A stretch of 64,000 nt of DNA from NCBI GenBank assembly GCA_047495785.1, contig JBLDXI010000003.1, positions 1,922,001-1,986,000 of the forward strand. Reading direction: 5' to 3'. Each line of letters begins with the position of its first letter. Within the stretch, counting starts at the first letter, position 1. Source of the DNA: Lepidodermella squamata. Lineage: Eukaryota > Animalia > Gastrotricha. Below, one piece after another: positions 13,860 through 26,622 of the stretch. Below the pieces are notes generated by a model. The model saw only the letters and a list, made by a program, of their open reading frames with translations, ran no database searches and was not told the origin of the DNA. A program made the translations under genes and the position numbers.

Positions 13860-14240
13860 AAAATCTCAAAGCAGACGCACACCATCGCCCGTATCTGGTG
13901 AAGTACCGATGATGGAACTTTTATCGCGTACGGAGCCTACAACACCTGGATGTACGCTTAAACTCTATTCAGTTGTACAGCTACGTCCGCACCGGCAGCT
14001 GAGAAAAGAGAAAAGAAGCACAACCACAGCTTTGTACGTAACTGGTACAGACGACTGAGAAGGGAACCATCCTTGCACAGCTAGGTACAGAGGAAGACCA
14101 CGAAGCACGAAGTGGGGACACGCGTCTTCGCCGGACAGATAAATGAATACCGAACAAGACGCACAGCTTCGTACGTACCAGGTACGACAACTGAATATTA
14201 ATTGAGACGCCTGGCTTCGTCCGCACCGGGTACAGTCAAG
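13860..14240. repeat. Degenerate ~49-bp palindromic-core satellite array
   Basis: Repeated variants of AGACGCACAGCTTCGTCCGTAC-NNN-GTACAGACGA. Confidence 0.7.
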
Positions 14241-15030
14241 TGTTTTCCTTCGGCCAGTGAGACCGGTTTCTTTTCCGGCATGCTGTTATAGCACGCACTC
14301 GCTGTCAATTGTCACAGCATCGCCGATAATAACGTATTTTCCTAAGGGTAAATTGCCTTGGCACCTTGAAAATAGCTCAAAGTTTACCACCCCTCTAGCA
14401 TCCGTAACATCTTTTGCTCAAACATGTCTATATCTTGGGATTATTAAAACTGTAAAAGCAAGCCTTTCCGATTTCGCTTGTATATTCAATCTTCGGACAT
14501 AATCCGCGCGGAAAATTAAAGCGAGTTCGGCCCTACCATTGTTCTAAATCATTCACGAGCGGTCTTTCGCAATAGAGATTATCCGTCAGAATTCAAATGA
14601 CCAGGTTCGAAATTGCTTATTGGCATTAACTCATTTTGTTAACCGGCTGTAACAATAAATTTTCGGCTGTTGACCTCGCCTCTGCCGCTCTGTGAGAAGA
14701 ACAGCTGGATACCGGATATAGAATATAGATCACAGTTCCAACTACTGCTTACCTCAATTTTATTGTTGCTACATTTATGCAAATATTGCGATACCGCTGG
14801 CGAAAAGGAAACCATACCTGAGGCAAACAATTCCCATGCTTTAGATTTGATTTGCCTCAGGTGCAGTAACACATTGCCACAAACTATAAATGCATCGTGT
14901 CTCCCGATAAGCGGGAAATTTATTCATTCGTAACCACAATACATGGCTGTGAGAAGCGACGATATTGAAGTTACGGATGGTTGGAAAATAGTCCAAAATC
15001 GAAAACAGCGGGCCTCTAGATTTCGCAAAT

Positions 15031-15787
15031 TTAAGTCTTGGTGCATTTGTCGACCGTGAAACCGCCAGTCGTCGCAGTTGTAGCCGAAGCTGTCAAAGTT
15101 GTTTCCGCGGCCTTGGCTAAGCGTGCACAGCAGGTGGCGAAATTGGCGTACTGGTAAACGCCAGTCGGCAGCGTGTCAGCCTAGCATGATTCCAGAATGA
15201 TTAAAAACAATAAAGGCTCATGAATCAAATCTCACCGCTGTCGCGTCGAGTGTGACGGGGGCCGTTTCGCAAGACGAAGGAAAACGCAAGCAGTAAGCAC
15301 CAGCGCAGACCTTGTAGGGTGTCGCATCGGTTGTTGTGGGACTGAGGCAGGCCTGAATTTTCTGCCCGTTGACCGTGAAAGCGTCATAAATAGTAGCACT
15401 GATTCCAGTGCAGCAGGCATCGAAGCTGGCATAGGTCTGCGACACAGTACTGCCGCCCAGAGCGCATGTTTTGGTATACGAGCAATACCTGATGCCGTTA
15501 GACTCGACCAAACCGACGGAGGTTCCGCCGACAGTAGCAACACGGCACGACATGTAGCTCTGATGCAAAGAAAAGGATAGGATATTGTCACCTCAGATGA
15601 CTCCAAAAGAATAACTCACGTCAGCACAAGCCTGGCCACTGGTATCGCAAAGATTGATGGTTCGGCACGATTGGCCCGATGTGCAAACACCCGTCGCACA
15701 GTTTGTGGAAGTTGTCGTGGTTGTGGCGGGGCAAGCGAACGCCGCGTCAACAAGACATGACGCAATGAAAATAGCAAAGTAGCGCAT
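15031..15787 (-). CDS. Secreted Cys/Thr/Ala-rich protein type X, copy 1 (3 exons, 213 aa, 18 Cys in mature chain)
   Basis: Reverse complement of 24628-25384; signal peptide MRYFAIFIASCLVDAAFA; two GT-AG introns. Confidence 0.88.
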
Positions 15788-16046
15788 ACTTTAATGCTGA
15801 TGAGGCTGAAAACGAGAAATTGCTTGCAGTCGACTCGTCCACCGATTGTTAACCAAACTTATAACCTCCTGCGGTCATGTCTGCAAGTGAAAGAAACCCG
15901 GTAAAAAAGTCGTCCTAGACGCCCCATGTACGTCCGCGATCACTTCGACGATAGACACTCCACTCCGGCGGTATACAAGACGGCTGATTTGCAGTAACAT
16001 TGATCAGCTTGCATTTCGCCTTGAATTTTTAAAGCTTTCATCCAAA
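15788..16046. promoter_or_regulatory. Putative bidirectional promoter of the X/Y gene pair (also 24369-24627 and 32766-33262)
   Basis: 259 bp between divergent ATGs; TATA-like TTATAA ~75 bp upstream of X is conserved in all three copies. Confidence 0.5.
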
Positions 16047-16840
16047 ATGGTCGTAATTGTTTTTGCGGCGTTGGTTTGCCTCGCCGGCTCTGCTATCGCC
16101 TGTCCATCGTCGACAACAGCATCTAGCAGCACGAGTTGCGCCACGGGAGTTTGTGCGGCGAACACGGCATGCTATGCGCCAAGCACATGTGCCTTGGGGA
16201 CACAGACTTGTCAGACGCCGATCGTGAGTCATAAACATGGAATATTTTTGAAATATGCCTATGATTCATTATCTTAGACAGCATACCTCGGGTGCTCTGT
16301 TCAAACGATAGGCAGCGGTCCTATCGCTGTTACCCTCAAGTACTGCACTAGGACGGGAGCGTGCTCCCTAGGTGGCACCCAGATCACGTCTCCGACGCCA
16401 GTCACAGCCGCTTCGTTTGATCTTTGCTGCACTGCTCTCGGCGGAACAACCTCGACCACGACATACGACAGCATTACGGTCAGCTCAGCTACCGTGTCGT
16501 ACTGCAGTGTCGTCGGTACCGATGCTGCGCCTTTCAAGGCATGCGGTGCTGCTGGCGTTGCCTATTGCTTGCGATTCCCAAGCAGCTGTGAGACAAACAG
16601 CATTGCGATATCAGCCACTAGCGTTTGTTTTCATTGAACGTCTGATAAGACCGGCTCCTGATGGTATTATTTTCTCCTTCACAGGCTGATTTCCTTGTTG
16701 CGGCAACATACACGGCCGCCAGCTACGCCAAGTGTTGCGCCAACCTTATTGCCGGAACCGCTGGCGTCGTTTTCGCCACTTCCCCCACCACGGCAACAAC
16801 CGGAGCATTCACAGTTGAAAAATGCACCCGAGGAGCGTAA
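16047..16840 (+). CDS. Secreted Cys/Thr/Ala-rich protein type Y, copy 1 (exons 16047-16223, 16278-16622, 16685-16840; 225 aa, 18 Cys in mature chain)
   Basis: Signal peptide MVVIVFAALVCLAGSAIA. In-frame splicing yields motifs shared with type X: CATGVC, ASFD.CCT, AYCLRFPSSCET, TTATTG.FTV.KCT. Confidence 0.88.
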
Positions 16841-17959
16841 AAGAGGACACTTGGATTGTGTGGCATCATGTAATGCCAATGTTGATTTAATATGAAAAAT
16901 ATGAAATTTAACATGAAAAATATTGGCATTACAATTAGACATCCATCTGTTTAGCAGAAGCCTGAATTTCTATTAGGAATGGCTTCATCGGTATTAAATA
17001 AATTAGGACCAGCTATGCCCTTTTTTTTGTCAAATTGTAACCTGTTTGTTTAATTTCCGTAGAACCCTTTTTTAAATCGCTGAATTCAGGATCAAACTCG
17101 TGGATGCTAAACATTATCCAACATATTGCATTCACAAGATGATTGCATTTCGTCTCCATGTCCCCTTTATAGCATTTTATAGCACAAACCTTCGGATCGG
17201 GCTCGTTTTGTATCAAGTCCTGAAGCGACGCATGAGCGATGAGCAGCAAATATATCGAGGATTCGACCGCCAGCGTTGTACTGACTAATTCAACCTGCAG
17301 CTTAAACATGCTTGTATCCTCTTCCTCAGTTGGCGCACTGCCCTGCGCGGTGGCTATTCTGTGGAGAACGTAGTAGCATTCGCGTTTTTTCTTGATAGAA
17401 AACTGTTGATGTTGTGCTCGCATCTCTGTTGAATGCTGGATAGTGTGCGTCAAGTGTTCCTAGTGAAACTTTCCGAATAATTCCTGCCCTTATTATTTCA
17501 AATGGTCAATGGCCGCTTGCTGCTGGAAAACACCGTTGTATTTCTAATTTGCCTGTAAAACTGCTATATAATATAGTCGAAAAATTCGGCATTTAATTAA
17601 GGAGTGGTTTTCATTTATCGTTTATGTTTTTTTCATTTCGCATCGAGAGTGCGCACTCTTATCACTACGCTCTCTATGGGCTATTTATAGTTGCCAGGAT
17701 GCTGATTATACACATAGCTTGTTCAAACATAATTATATTTAAAACAATTTAAAATGTCATAAGTTAAAATGGGGTTTGGTATCAAACGTCAGGAATACGC
17801 ACGAAATTCGCGTTCACTTGGGGACGGACGGAACTGACATGGGCCAAATGAATAATCCATATGCGACGTGTGAACGACCAGGAAATAAAATTTTCCCATG
17901 CGGATCACAATGGACTAAGCACTAAGCCATAGCTTGTCTAGTTAAAGCGACCATATCAT

Positions 17960-19110
17960 CTTTGAGTAAAGGAATCGAAAAGCAGTAACAGAGATACCAG
18001 CTACAGAGCCATCGAAGACGGGATAGCCGCGAAATTCGTCTGTACCGAGTACATTCTGTAACTGCTGCAGGTGCAAGTGATCGAGACAGACGCTTGCACG
18101 ATACTATTTCAGAACTAAATAACAATTTGGTTCCTTTATTAGTGCTGGATTTGCGTCATGAGTGCTGGAAGAGTCGTGCAATTATCATTCAACATTTTTT
18201 TAGCACATCGTAACTCAAGGTTCGCCTCGAGAAAACTAGGGGAGAATAAGAGCGCTCAATGTTCCACATTTCAGATTTCAGCTGTCTGTTCGTAGTACCA
18301 ACAAGAAACCAGCTATAGACGATTAGAAAATGTAGACCAGCGCAGTTTGTTGTACGCACTGGCTACAGGTTACTCAAAATCGAAAGCAAAACCGAATGCT
18401 CAGCTTTTTCCGTACTAGGTGCAGGAGAATGAACACTGAACCAACCCACAATTTCGTCCGTACCGGGCACAATCGAAGGTGAAGCGAACTGACGGCTCAT
18501 CTTCGTCCGCGCTGAGTACGGACGAATCGGAAGCAAACCGGACAATAAGTCTCGTCCGTAATGGGTACAGACGACAAGAAATTTAATCAGACGCACGAAT
18601 TCGTCCGTACTGAGTACAGACGAAGGAATTCGTAACCTAACGCAAAATTCATCTGACCCTCTACCCTCTTCTTTAATTCTTCTAGGTCCCTTAGCCCTTA
18701 GTCGCTTAATGGAATTTCGTCCGTACCGGGTACAGACGAATATGAAGCGAACTGAATGCTCTGCTTCTTCTGTACCGGTTAAAGAAAGAACCAGTTAAAG
18801 AAGATACCAGACGCTCAGCCTCTTCGGGATCAGGTACAGACGACAGAAAATCGAACCCCTGGGTTGGAACCAATGGGTAGCTACCCAGACGATCAGTCTC
18901 GTCAATAATGGTTACAGACGAGAGAAACAATGAACCAGACTTGCAGCTTCGTCCGTACTGGGTACAGACGACTGAAAAGGCGGACCGTTGACGATTCTGA
19001 TGGCTGTCTGTTCCGCATTTCAGCTGTCTGCACCAGGTTCCAACCTGAAATCAACAACTACAGACGAATAGAAATGTAGACGAGCGCAGTTTGTTGTCCG
19101 CACCAGGTAA
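17960..19110. repeat. ~49-bp palindromic-core satellite array
   Basis: TCGTCCG cores at ~18453, 18502, 18551 and 18600 (49-bp period); core TTCGTCCGTAC-NNN-GTACAGACGAA. Confidence 0.8.
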
Positions 19111-21888
19111 AGATTACTCAAAACTCAACATCAAAAGCACACCGCCGAAGTGAGCGAAGTAGAAAGTAGATCATTTGAACTGGGGATACCTCATCCAGCT
19201 GCTCCTCAAGTAATCCCAACAAATTTCGCTAGTAGATTCCTTGTTCCTCCTGACTCCCGAATTATAGCTCTTATTTTGCCACATCTCGCTCTAGTGCACT
19301 GTTTTTAAGAACAACTGCCTATTTTTGAGATAGAAACTGTGGAAAATGACATCCAGGCTGCATCTATGGGGCGAGCGCAGCGAGTTTAACCTGACAATAT
19401 TTCGTCCTGAAAGTGCTTATAACCAACAACGATAAATTGTTCTCGTGTATTCTCCCGCAACCCCATTGCCACAGAATAATCGTTTGCAGTAAGCGGATTC
19501 TAAAGCGAAGCATTGAGAAAGAAGAATGTTGGCGACCTTAGCGCAAAAAGAGCGTAGCGAGCCGAGTTTTAATATGCTCGTGAATCAATTACGGATGGTC
19601 GGAGAACCAAATCCAAGGGCCAAGGGTGATCATTCTGACTTCAGCCGAGGAATCTCAAGAAATGTGTTCAATTACTCCGAGAATCTTGCCATTCTTTCGG
19701 CCGGTCGAACTGGGAGTACCGTACAAACGATAATGATTTAATTCAGTCTTTTTGTCTGTACGGGTTACTGCGCATGTACTTTGTCGCCTTGTTGTGCTAT
19801 AATGATTATGCATCAGCTTTTGCTTTTTCATACGACCGTGTAGATTACGGAGGACCATAGGGCTGAAATCGCTTGCCACCAGATGAGACGCAAATTTGCT
19901 GAAAATTGATTTGAAACAGTTGAAGCTTGCATTAAATAGCGGGAAGTGTTCTAAACTGGTCTAAAACTGTTCGGATATGGCTGATGTTTGAAGATCGAAG
20001 TTGTGCATCGAAATATTTTTTATTATTTTTTCCGGCTCATTCATGTGTAATTTTCATGTGTAATTCATATTTGATACAAACAGAGACCTATCATTGAATG
20101 GTTTTTCTTTAAATTTGAGCAAAATCTGGGGGCATGCGGAATAATTCCAAATTTGGCGACTTTGAAGAAAGGTTGTTTTATATCCTTCTAAGGCCTGCTG
20201 ATTCACTGAAATCTATGATCAGCGCGAAGCTATCAATAATCGACTCAATAGAATTTAGAATTGCACAGTTTGGAGATTCCGTGAATGCGTTGATTGCCGT
20301 CCCGTCGGTTTCAGTACAGCCAGTTCCAGTCCCGGTCTCAATGCCTGCTCCGCCTGTTCCGCCTTTTTATCCGCCTTTATTTCCCCGAGCGAATAATGCA
20401 TTCAAATCCATTATCTCAAACCAATCGATGTTCCGCGATCTCTTTGATTTTTCTCGCCAGCTATAAACCCTCGAGAACAAATTTCGCAAAAGCAGACCAA
20501 AGAAAAAGCTCCCGAATCAGCACAAGGTTACTGTGAAATTCAAATTCAGTCGTCCGGATCACAATACCAGGTGAATACGACAGATACGAAACATCAACGA
20601 AGAAATAAGTGACTTTGGTGTCTAACGAGGAAGAATCGTGCAGAAAATCTCTTCTTGACGCGAACACTCCGACCAACAACCTCGCAAGAATAGCTGATAT
20701 CGAATATGGTGCCAATAGTACCCCGTAGCAACATTTTGCACTTTTATAATTAATTATGCAAATTGCATAGAGAACATGCAATCAATTCTTTATGGCAAAT
20801 TGAGAAAAACAGGATACAAGAAAAATTTGCCAGCAAAAGGTTCGAGGAAAAAATCGTGTTTCTTGTATATAAATAAATAGAACCGCCGCTCATGCTCGCA
20901 GAAGAGCAACCAGCAGCCAGCGTCGAACCCGGGCTTTTCTGATCCATTTTTCAAGTCGCACATTAATCACCAAAAATAAATTCGAATCGGGCAGAGACGT
21001 CTGGAAGCCGTCGGCTTCGAAGGAGGGTAGTGAAAGGACTAAGCCTTCCAGAACATTCCATGATTCAGGAACCTACCATGTCCTGGAACCTTCCAAGGTC
21101 CAGATTATTCCATCGACATTTTGCTTTCTGTTAGCTTTGTATTATTGTACAAAAGTTACTTGCTAAGTTCAAATACAAGCAAAATATCTAGCAAACAGCT
21201 TCTCGTTTTGTTTTCGGTCCTTACACTGGATGAGTGCTGGTCAGTGCTGGATGAAAGTCGAACCAGACGCACAATTTCGTATGTACTGGGCACAGACGAA
21301 TGTGGACCCTAATTCTGCTTTTAAATTCTGCCTTTAAATTTAATTCATCCAATAATTGCACTTCCGGCTATGCGATTGCCAACCGGAAACATCTTCAAGA
21401 ATACAGAGGATGAATTTTCGCATGAATTTTAAAATCAAGGCGGAAATTTCAAATCATAGGTATAAGTAGGTATGTACTGGAGATTATTAGCCTAATCTGA
21501 TCCAGTAAATTGGGTTATTCTAACTAAAATTTCCAGATGGCATCCCAACATGATCGGCATCCACCGATCACATTTAAAGTAATAAACGACTCGTTGTTAC
21601 TCGTTGATGATTTGAAGACGAATCGTAGATGTGTTCAATGTGGAATAATTTTCGGGCATACTTAAGCTTTCGGGCACGCACTGATGTTCATAGTGACAAA
21701 CCCTAGGCCATTCATCATTTAGTTTAGAATATTCAATGTCGACAGTAGCTGGGAAGCATTCTTTTGGGATTTCATTCTACTTTTGGATGATTTTGTCTAT
21801 TCTTTTCATCGGTTGGATGTTGGACCGACGCGTATGGACGGCTTTGTCAGGATTAGTTGATATTGATGTTTCGATTTTGCGGCTCGGG

Positions 21889-22170
21889 TCACACCACGCT
21901 TGTTGAAGATTCGCCACTAATTTGTATTAATGATCCACTTTTAAACACCAGCATACTACAGAACTGAATTTCTTTTTTATTTCTTAATTCCCTTGTGAAC
22001 CTGATAGCTGGGCGTAAACTACCAAGTGTTTCTAAATAGAGGTGAGCCGCTTCTACATTGGACATGATGACAAATGTATCATTCACACATCGTTTGATGG
22101 CAGTTTTCCTTCTTAGGACAAGTGCGCTTCCAATACAGACATAAAGATGACTTTTGTTAATAGTTCCCAA
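21889..22170 (-). mobile_element. Degenerate Penelope-like retroelement reverse-transcriptase fragment
   Basis: KRCVNDTFVI..YLETLGSLRPAIRFTRE...IQF..MLV matches the PLE RT consensus RYVDDTFVI..FL..LN..HP.IKFT.E.E...I.FLD, with the catalytic YVDD mutated. Confidence 0.7.
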
Positions 22171-22324
22171 CTAAATTCGGGTATAATTCGAGATTTTGAA
22201 CATCAACTTAGCAATGACTTCATTTTTGATACATGATACATGATACGTGTTGGTAGGGATTGGATTATTATTATTTGCAAGAGACGTAACAGCCGCTACC
22301 GATAGAGGTAACAAGTTGCGCACG

Positions 22325-23130
22325 TCTAATCGTCTGTAGTTGTTGGTTTCAGGTTGGAACCTGGTGCAGACAGCTGAAATGCGGAACAGACAGCCATCAG
22401 AATCGTCAACGGTCCGCCTTTTCAGTCGTCTGTACCTAGTACGGACGAAGCAGTGAGTCTGGTTCAATGTTTCTCTCGTCTATACCCATTACGGACGAGT
22501 CAGATCGTCCGGTTTGCTCCCAATTCGTTTGTACCCAGTGCGGACGAAGCAGGGGGTTTGTTTGGATGTTTCTGTCGTCTGTACATGATCCGGACGAGGC
22601 TGAGCGTCTGGTCTGCTACACATTCGTCCGTAACCGGTGTAGACAAAGCAGGGCATTCAGTTCGCTTCGCATTCGTCTGTACCCGGTACGGACGAATTTG
22701 TGCTTCAGGTTAGATTATTCTGTCGGCTGTGACTAGGCGTCGCGTCCGATTAGCTACCCATTCATCTGTAATTCAGATGAAATTGTATATGGTTCTGTCT
22801 TAATTTGTCTGTACTCCGTACGGACTAAATTGTAAGTTGGTTAAGCATTAATTCGTTATTGCCCGCAGTACGGGCGAAATTGTGCGTCTGGTTCCCCTTT
22901 TCAGGCGTCTGCACCCATTCCGGACGAAGCTGCGCGTCAGGTTTGCCGAAGCTGAGCATGCAGTCTGTGTACAGTACGGGCATGGTTATGGATGTTTCAG
23001 CAATAATTCGTCTGTATGCGGTAACGTTAAAGCTGAGACTTCGGTTCGCGTTTGCTTTTGATTTTGAATATAATCTGTCCACATTTTCTAATCGAGTGGC
23101 CGGTTGCGCTCGTACCTGGTGCAGACAGCT
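22325..23130. repeat. ~49-bp satellite array in reverse orientation; 22325-22700 is an inverted copy of 18720-19075
   Basis: GACAGCTGAAATGCGGAACAGACAGCCATCAGAATCGTCAACGGTCCGCCTTTTCAGTCGTCTGTACC is the reverse complement of ~18961-19030. Confidence 0.8.
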
Positions 23131-23574
23131 GAGGTGCGCTTTTAATACATCCGAGGTACTAATGTTCGGTGTTTTGATTAATTTTTCAGGAAACTTCGCA
23201 ACACATGAAGTACGAGCGGCCTATCAAAACCGACCGACTCGAAGGCCGGTTAGAAAAGACAAACACTGTGACTCAATCGCCACGATTATTTGATAAAGAG
23301 TGTGCCTGATCCTTAAATTTGTTCCCCAACTTTGATCAAAATCTGGGGGAATGTAAAATATTTAAAGAAAAATAGTTCTCCGGCAATTTTACAGCAGAAT
23401 GCAATTCGATAAGAAAATGAAGTAAACCTAGCCCTTATTTATTAAATATCGATGAAGCCAATACTACAGAAAATTATTTTGCTTAAGAGATGAATGTTTA
23501 ATTGTAATGCCAATATTTTTCATATTAAATCAACATTGGCATTACATGATGCCACACAATCCAAGTGTCCTCTT

Positions 23575-24368
23575 TTACGCTCCACGAGTGCATTTTTCAA
23601 CTGTGAATGCTCCGGTTGTTGCCGTGGTGGGGGAAGTGGCGAAAACGACGCCAGCGGTTCCGGCAATAAGGTTGGCGCAACACTTGGCGTAGCTGGCGGC
23701 CGTGTATGTTGCCGCAACAAGGAAATCAGCCTGTGAAGGAGAAAATAATACCATCAGGAGCCGGTCTTATCAGACGTTCAATGAAAACAAACGCTAGTGG
23801 CTGATATCGCAATGCTGTTTGTCTCACAGCTGCTTGGGAATCGCAAGCAATAGGCAACGCCAGCAGCACCGCATGCCTTGAAAGGCGCAGCATCGGTACC
23901 GACGACACTGCAGTACGACACGGTAGCTGAGCTGACCGTAATGCTGTCGTATGTCGTGGTCGAGGTTGTTCCGCCGAGAGCAGTGCAGCAAAGATCAAAC
24001 GAAGCGGCTGTGACTGGCGTCGGAGACGTGATCTGGGTGCCACCTAGGGAGCACGCTCCCGTCCTAGTGCAGTACTTGAGGGTAACAGCGATAGGACCGC
24101 TGCCTATCGTTTGAACAGAGCACCCGAGGTATGCTGTCTAAGATAATGAATCATAGGCATATTTCAAAAATATTCCATGTTTATGACTCACGATCGGCGT
24201 CTGACAAGTCTGTGTCCCCAAGGCACATGTGCTTGGCGCATAGCATGCCGTGTTCGCCGCACAAACTCCCGTGGCGCAACTCGTGCTGCTAGATGCTGTT
24301 GTCGACGATGGACAGGCGATAGCAGAGCCGGCGAGGCAAACCAACGCCGCAAAAACAATTACGACCAT
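23575..24368 (-). CDS. Secreted Cys-rich protein type Y, copy 2 (3 exons)
   Basis: Reverse complement of 16047-16840. Confidence 0.88.
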
Positions 24369-24627
24369 TTTGGATGAAAGCTTTAAAAATTCAAGGCGAA
24401 ATGCAAGCTGATCAATGTTACTGCAAATCAGCCGTCTTGTATACCGCCGGAGTGGAGTGTCTATCGTCGAAGTGATCGCGGACGTACATGGGGCGTCTAG
24501 GACGACTTTTTTACCGGGTTTCTTTCACTTGCAGACATGACCGCAGGAGGTTATAAGTTTGGTTAACAATCGGTGGACGAGTCGACTGCAAGCAATTTCT
24601 CGTTTTCAGCCTCATCAGCATTAAAGT

Positions 24628-25384
24628 ATGCGCTACTTTGCTATTTTCATTGCGTCATGTCTTGTTGACGCGGCGTTCGCTTGCCCCGCCACAACCACGA
24701 CAACTTCCACAAACTGTGCGACGGGTGTTTGCACATCGGGCCAATCGTGCCGAACCATCAATCTTTGCGATACCAGTGGCCAGGCTTGTGCTGACGTGAG
24801 TTATTCTTTTGGAGTCATCTGAGGTGACAATATCCTATCCTTTTCTTTGCATCAGAGCTACATGTCGTGCCGTGTTGCTACTGTCGGCGGAACCTCCGTC
24901 GGTTTGGTCGAGTCTAACGGCATCAGGTATTGCTCGTATACCAAAACATGCGCTCTGGGCGGCAGTACTGTGTCGCAGACCTATGCCAGCTTCGATGCCT
25001 GCTGCACTGGAATCAGTGCTACTATTTATGACGCTTTCACGGTCAACGGGCAGAAAATTCAGGCCTGCCTCAGTCCCACAACAACCGATGCGACACCCTA
25101 CAAGGTCTGCGCTGGTGCTTACTGCTTGCGTTTTCCTTCGTCTTGCGAAACGGCCCCCGTCACACTCGACGCGACAGCGGTGAGATTTGATTCATGAGCC
25201 TTTATTGTTTTTAATCATTCTGGAATCATGCTAGGCTGACACGCTGCCGACTGGCGTTTACCAGTACGCCAATTTCGCCACCTGCTGTGCACGCTTAGCC
25301 AAGGCCGCGGAAACAACTTTGACAGCTTCGGCTACAACTGCGACGACTGGCGGTTTCACGGTCGACAAATGCACCAAGACTTAA
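24628..25384 (+). CDS. Secreted Cys-rich protein type X, copy 2 (exons 24628-24795, 24856-25179, 25235-25384)
   Basis: In-frame GT-AG splicing; exon 3 ADTLPTGVYQYANFATCCARLAKAAETTLTASATTATTGGFTVDKCTKT* is homologous to exon 3 of Y. Confidence 0.88.
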
Positions 25385-26389
25385 ATTTGCGAAATCTAGA
25401 GGCCAGCTGTTTTCGATTTTGGACTATTTTCCAACCATCCGTAACTTCAATATCGTCGCTTCTCACAGCCATGTATTGTGGTTACGAATGAATAAATTTC
25501 CCGCTTATCGGGAGACACGATGCATTTATAGTTTGTGGCAATGTGTTACTGCACCTGAGGCAAACAGCGATGGTCAGCATTAATACTTACGAAAATAAAG
25601 CATCGGAATTGTATGCCTCAGGTTCGGTTTCCTCTTCGCCAACGGTATCGCAATATTTGCATAAATGTAGCAACAATAAAATTGAGGTTAGCAGTTGTTT
25701 TACAAATTACAAGACTGAGTATAATATTCTGAGTGCATTTCTTTATTCCAGTATTTTTTGAAGATCGAACTGGAATCGAAATTCAATTGCTGCCTTATTA
25801 GTGTCGTTTATAAAATTGGCTTGATTTCCATGTTTGATTTTTTTCAGGAGACAGGCGTACGCGTTCGAGTAAGCGTTATGAGTATTTTTTGTAATCTCAT
25901 CTGTGAATGAGAAACGGAATACGGAGTATGAGTAATTTTCAGAGCTATTAGAGAAGGCAAGAATTCCTAACGACGCCGATCTTGGAAACTCGCTGAAACT
26001 TGGAGCTCAGGTTTAATTGCAATTTTCAGGAATAATTTCGACTTGAAGTCTTATTCGTATTTTTTGAGGAAAATGACACGAATGCCTGGATGCAAGAATC
26101 AGGAAGCTGTCCAATTGCACCACTTGACCAGAAAAACAAAAAAACCACAGGCCCGAAAAAACAGGAAAATTGATCTGACAGGCCACAAATCTGGCACAAA
26201 TGGTGACGAAAAGTTAACAGTTGAATTGTGTTTGGAATTTTAAATGATTAAAAGGATTAAAAAATTGAGGGCTGACTCAGAGGGACAACATTTGGCGACT
26301 GTCTCGGGACAATGATCGAAGCTGCGAAGTTCAAAGTCAGTTGAAAAGCGTGAATGTTTTCATTTCTCAATACTTGAAGTCATTTGACC

Positions 26390-26622
26390 CGGCACTCATC
26401 CAGCACACTGGACCAACTCTGCCGCTTCATCATCAGCGAAAACTAGAATTTGCTGGATGCTTGCTGGATCTGTGCTGGACGAATAGCTTTTGTCAGCGAA
26501 AGGTGCTGGACACATATCACAGACTAGTGCTGGATGAAGCTGTCGCCGTCCAGCACACTTTGTCCAGCACCATCCAGCTCTATCCAGCACAATCCAGCAC
26601 TAGCCAGCACCAGTGCTGGAAG
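26390..26622. repeat. TCCAGCAC/GTGCTGGA motif cluster (also 30420-30575 and 30968-31190)
   Basis: Dense direct and inverted CCAGCAC copies. Confidence 0.65.

Larger units (their letters stand above)
14851..17005. repeat. Left arm of ~2.1 kb inverted segmental duplication (partner 23430-25564)
   Basis: Position x pairs with 40415-x (e.g. 15787/24628, 16047/24368, 14851/25564); near-identical sequence. Confidence 0.95.
23430..25564. repeat. Right arm of inverted duplication (partner 14851-17005); also a direct repeat of 31825-34165
   Basis: Direct sequence comparison. Confidence 0.95.

Noticed and set aside
15218-16637. Two-exon models ending ...AVRFDS* (X) and ...SVCFH* (Y)
   Set aside because: These stops lie within intron 2; a homologous third exon follows in both genes and completes an even Cys count.
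16372-16942. ORF-track proteins MAPRSRLRRQ..., MLRQHTRPP... and MSNCNANIF... (and their copies)
   Set aside because: Alternate-frame or antisense shadows of gene Y exons.
17013-17453. 146-aa minus-strand ORF
   Set aside because: Non-ATG start, no recognisable motif and no supporting splice structure.
18400-19000. CRISPR-like array (palindromic repeats with spacers)
   Set aside because: Repeats are degenerate, linkers resemble each other, the context is an intron-rich animal genome and there are no cas genes; it is a satellite.
20134-20760. Pro-rich ORF and following reading-frame fragments
   Set aside because: Broken frames and no recognisable domain; probably a decayed element.
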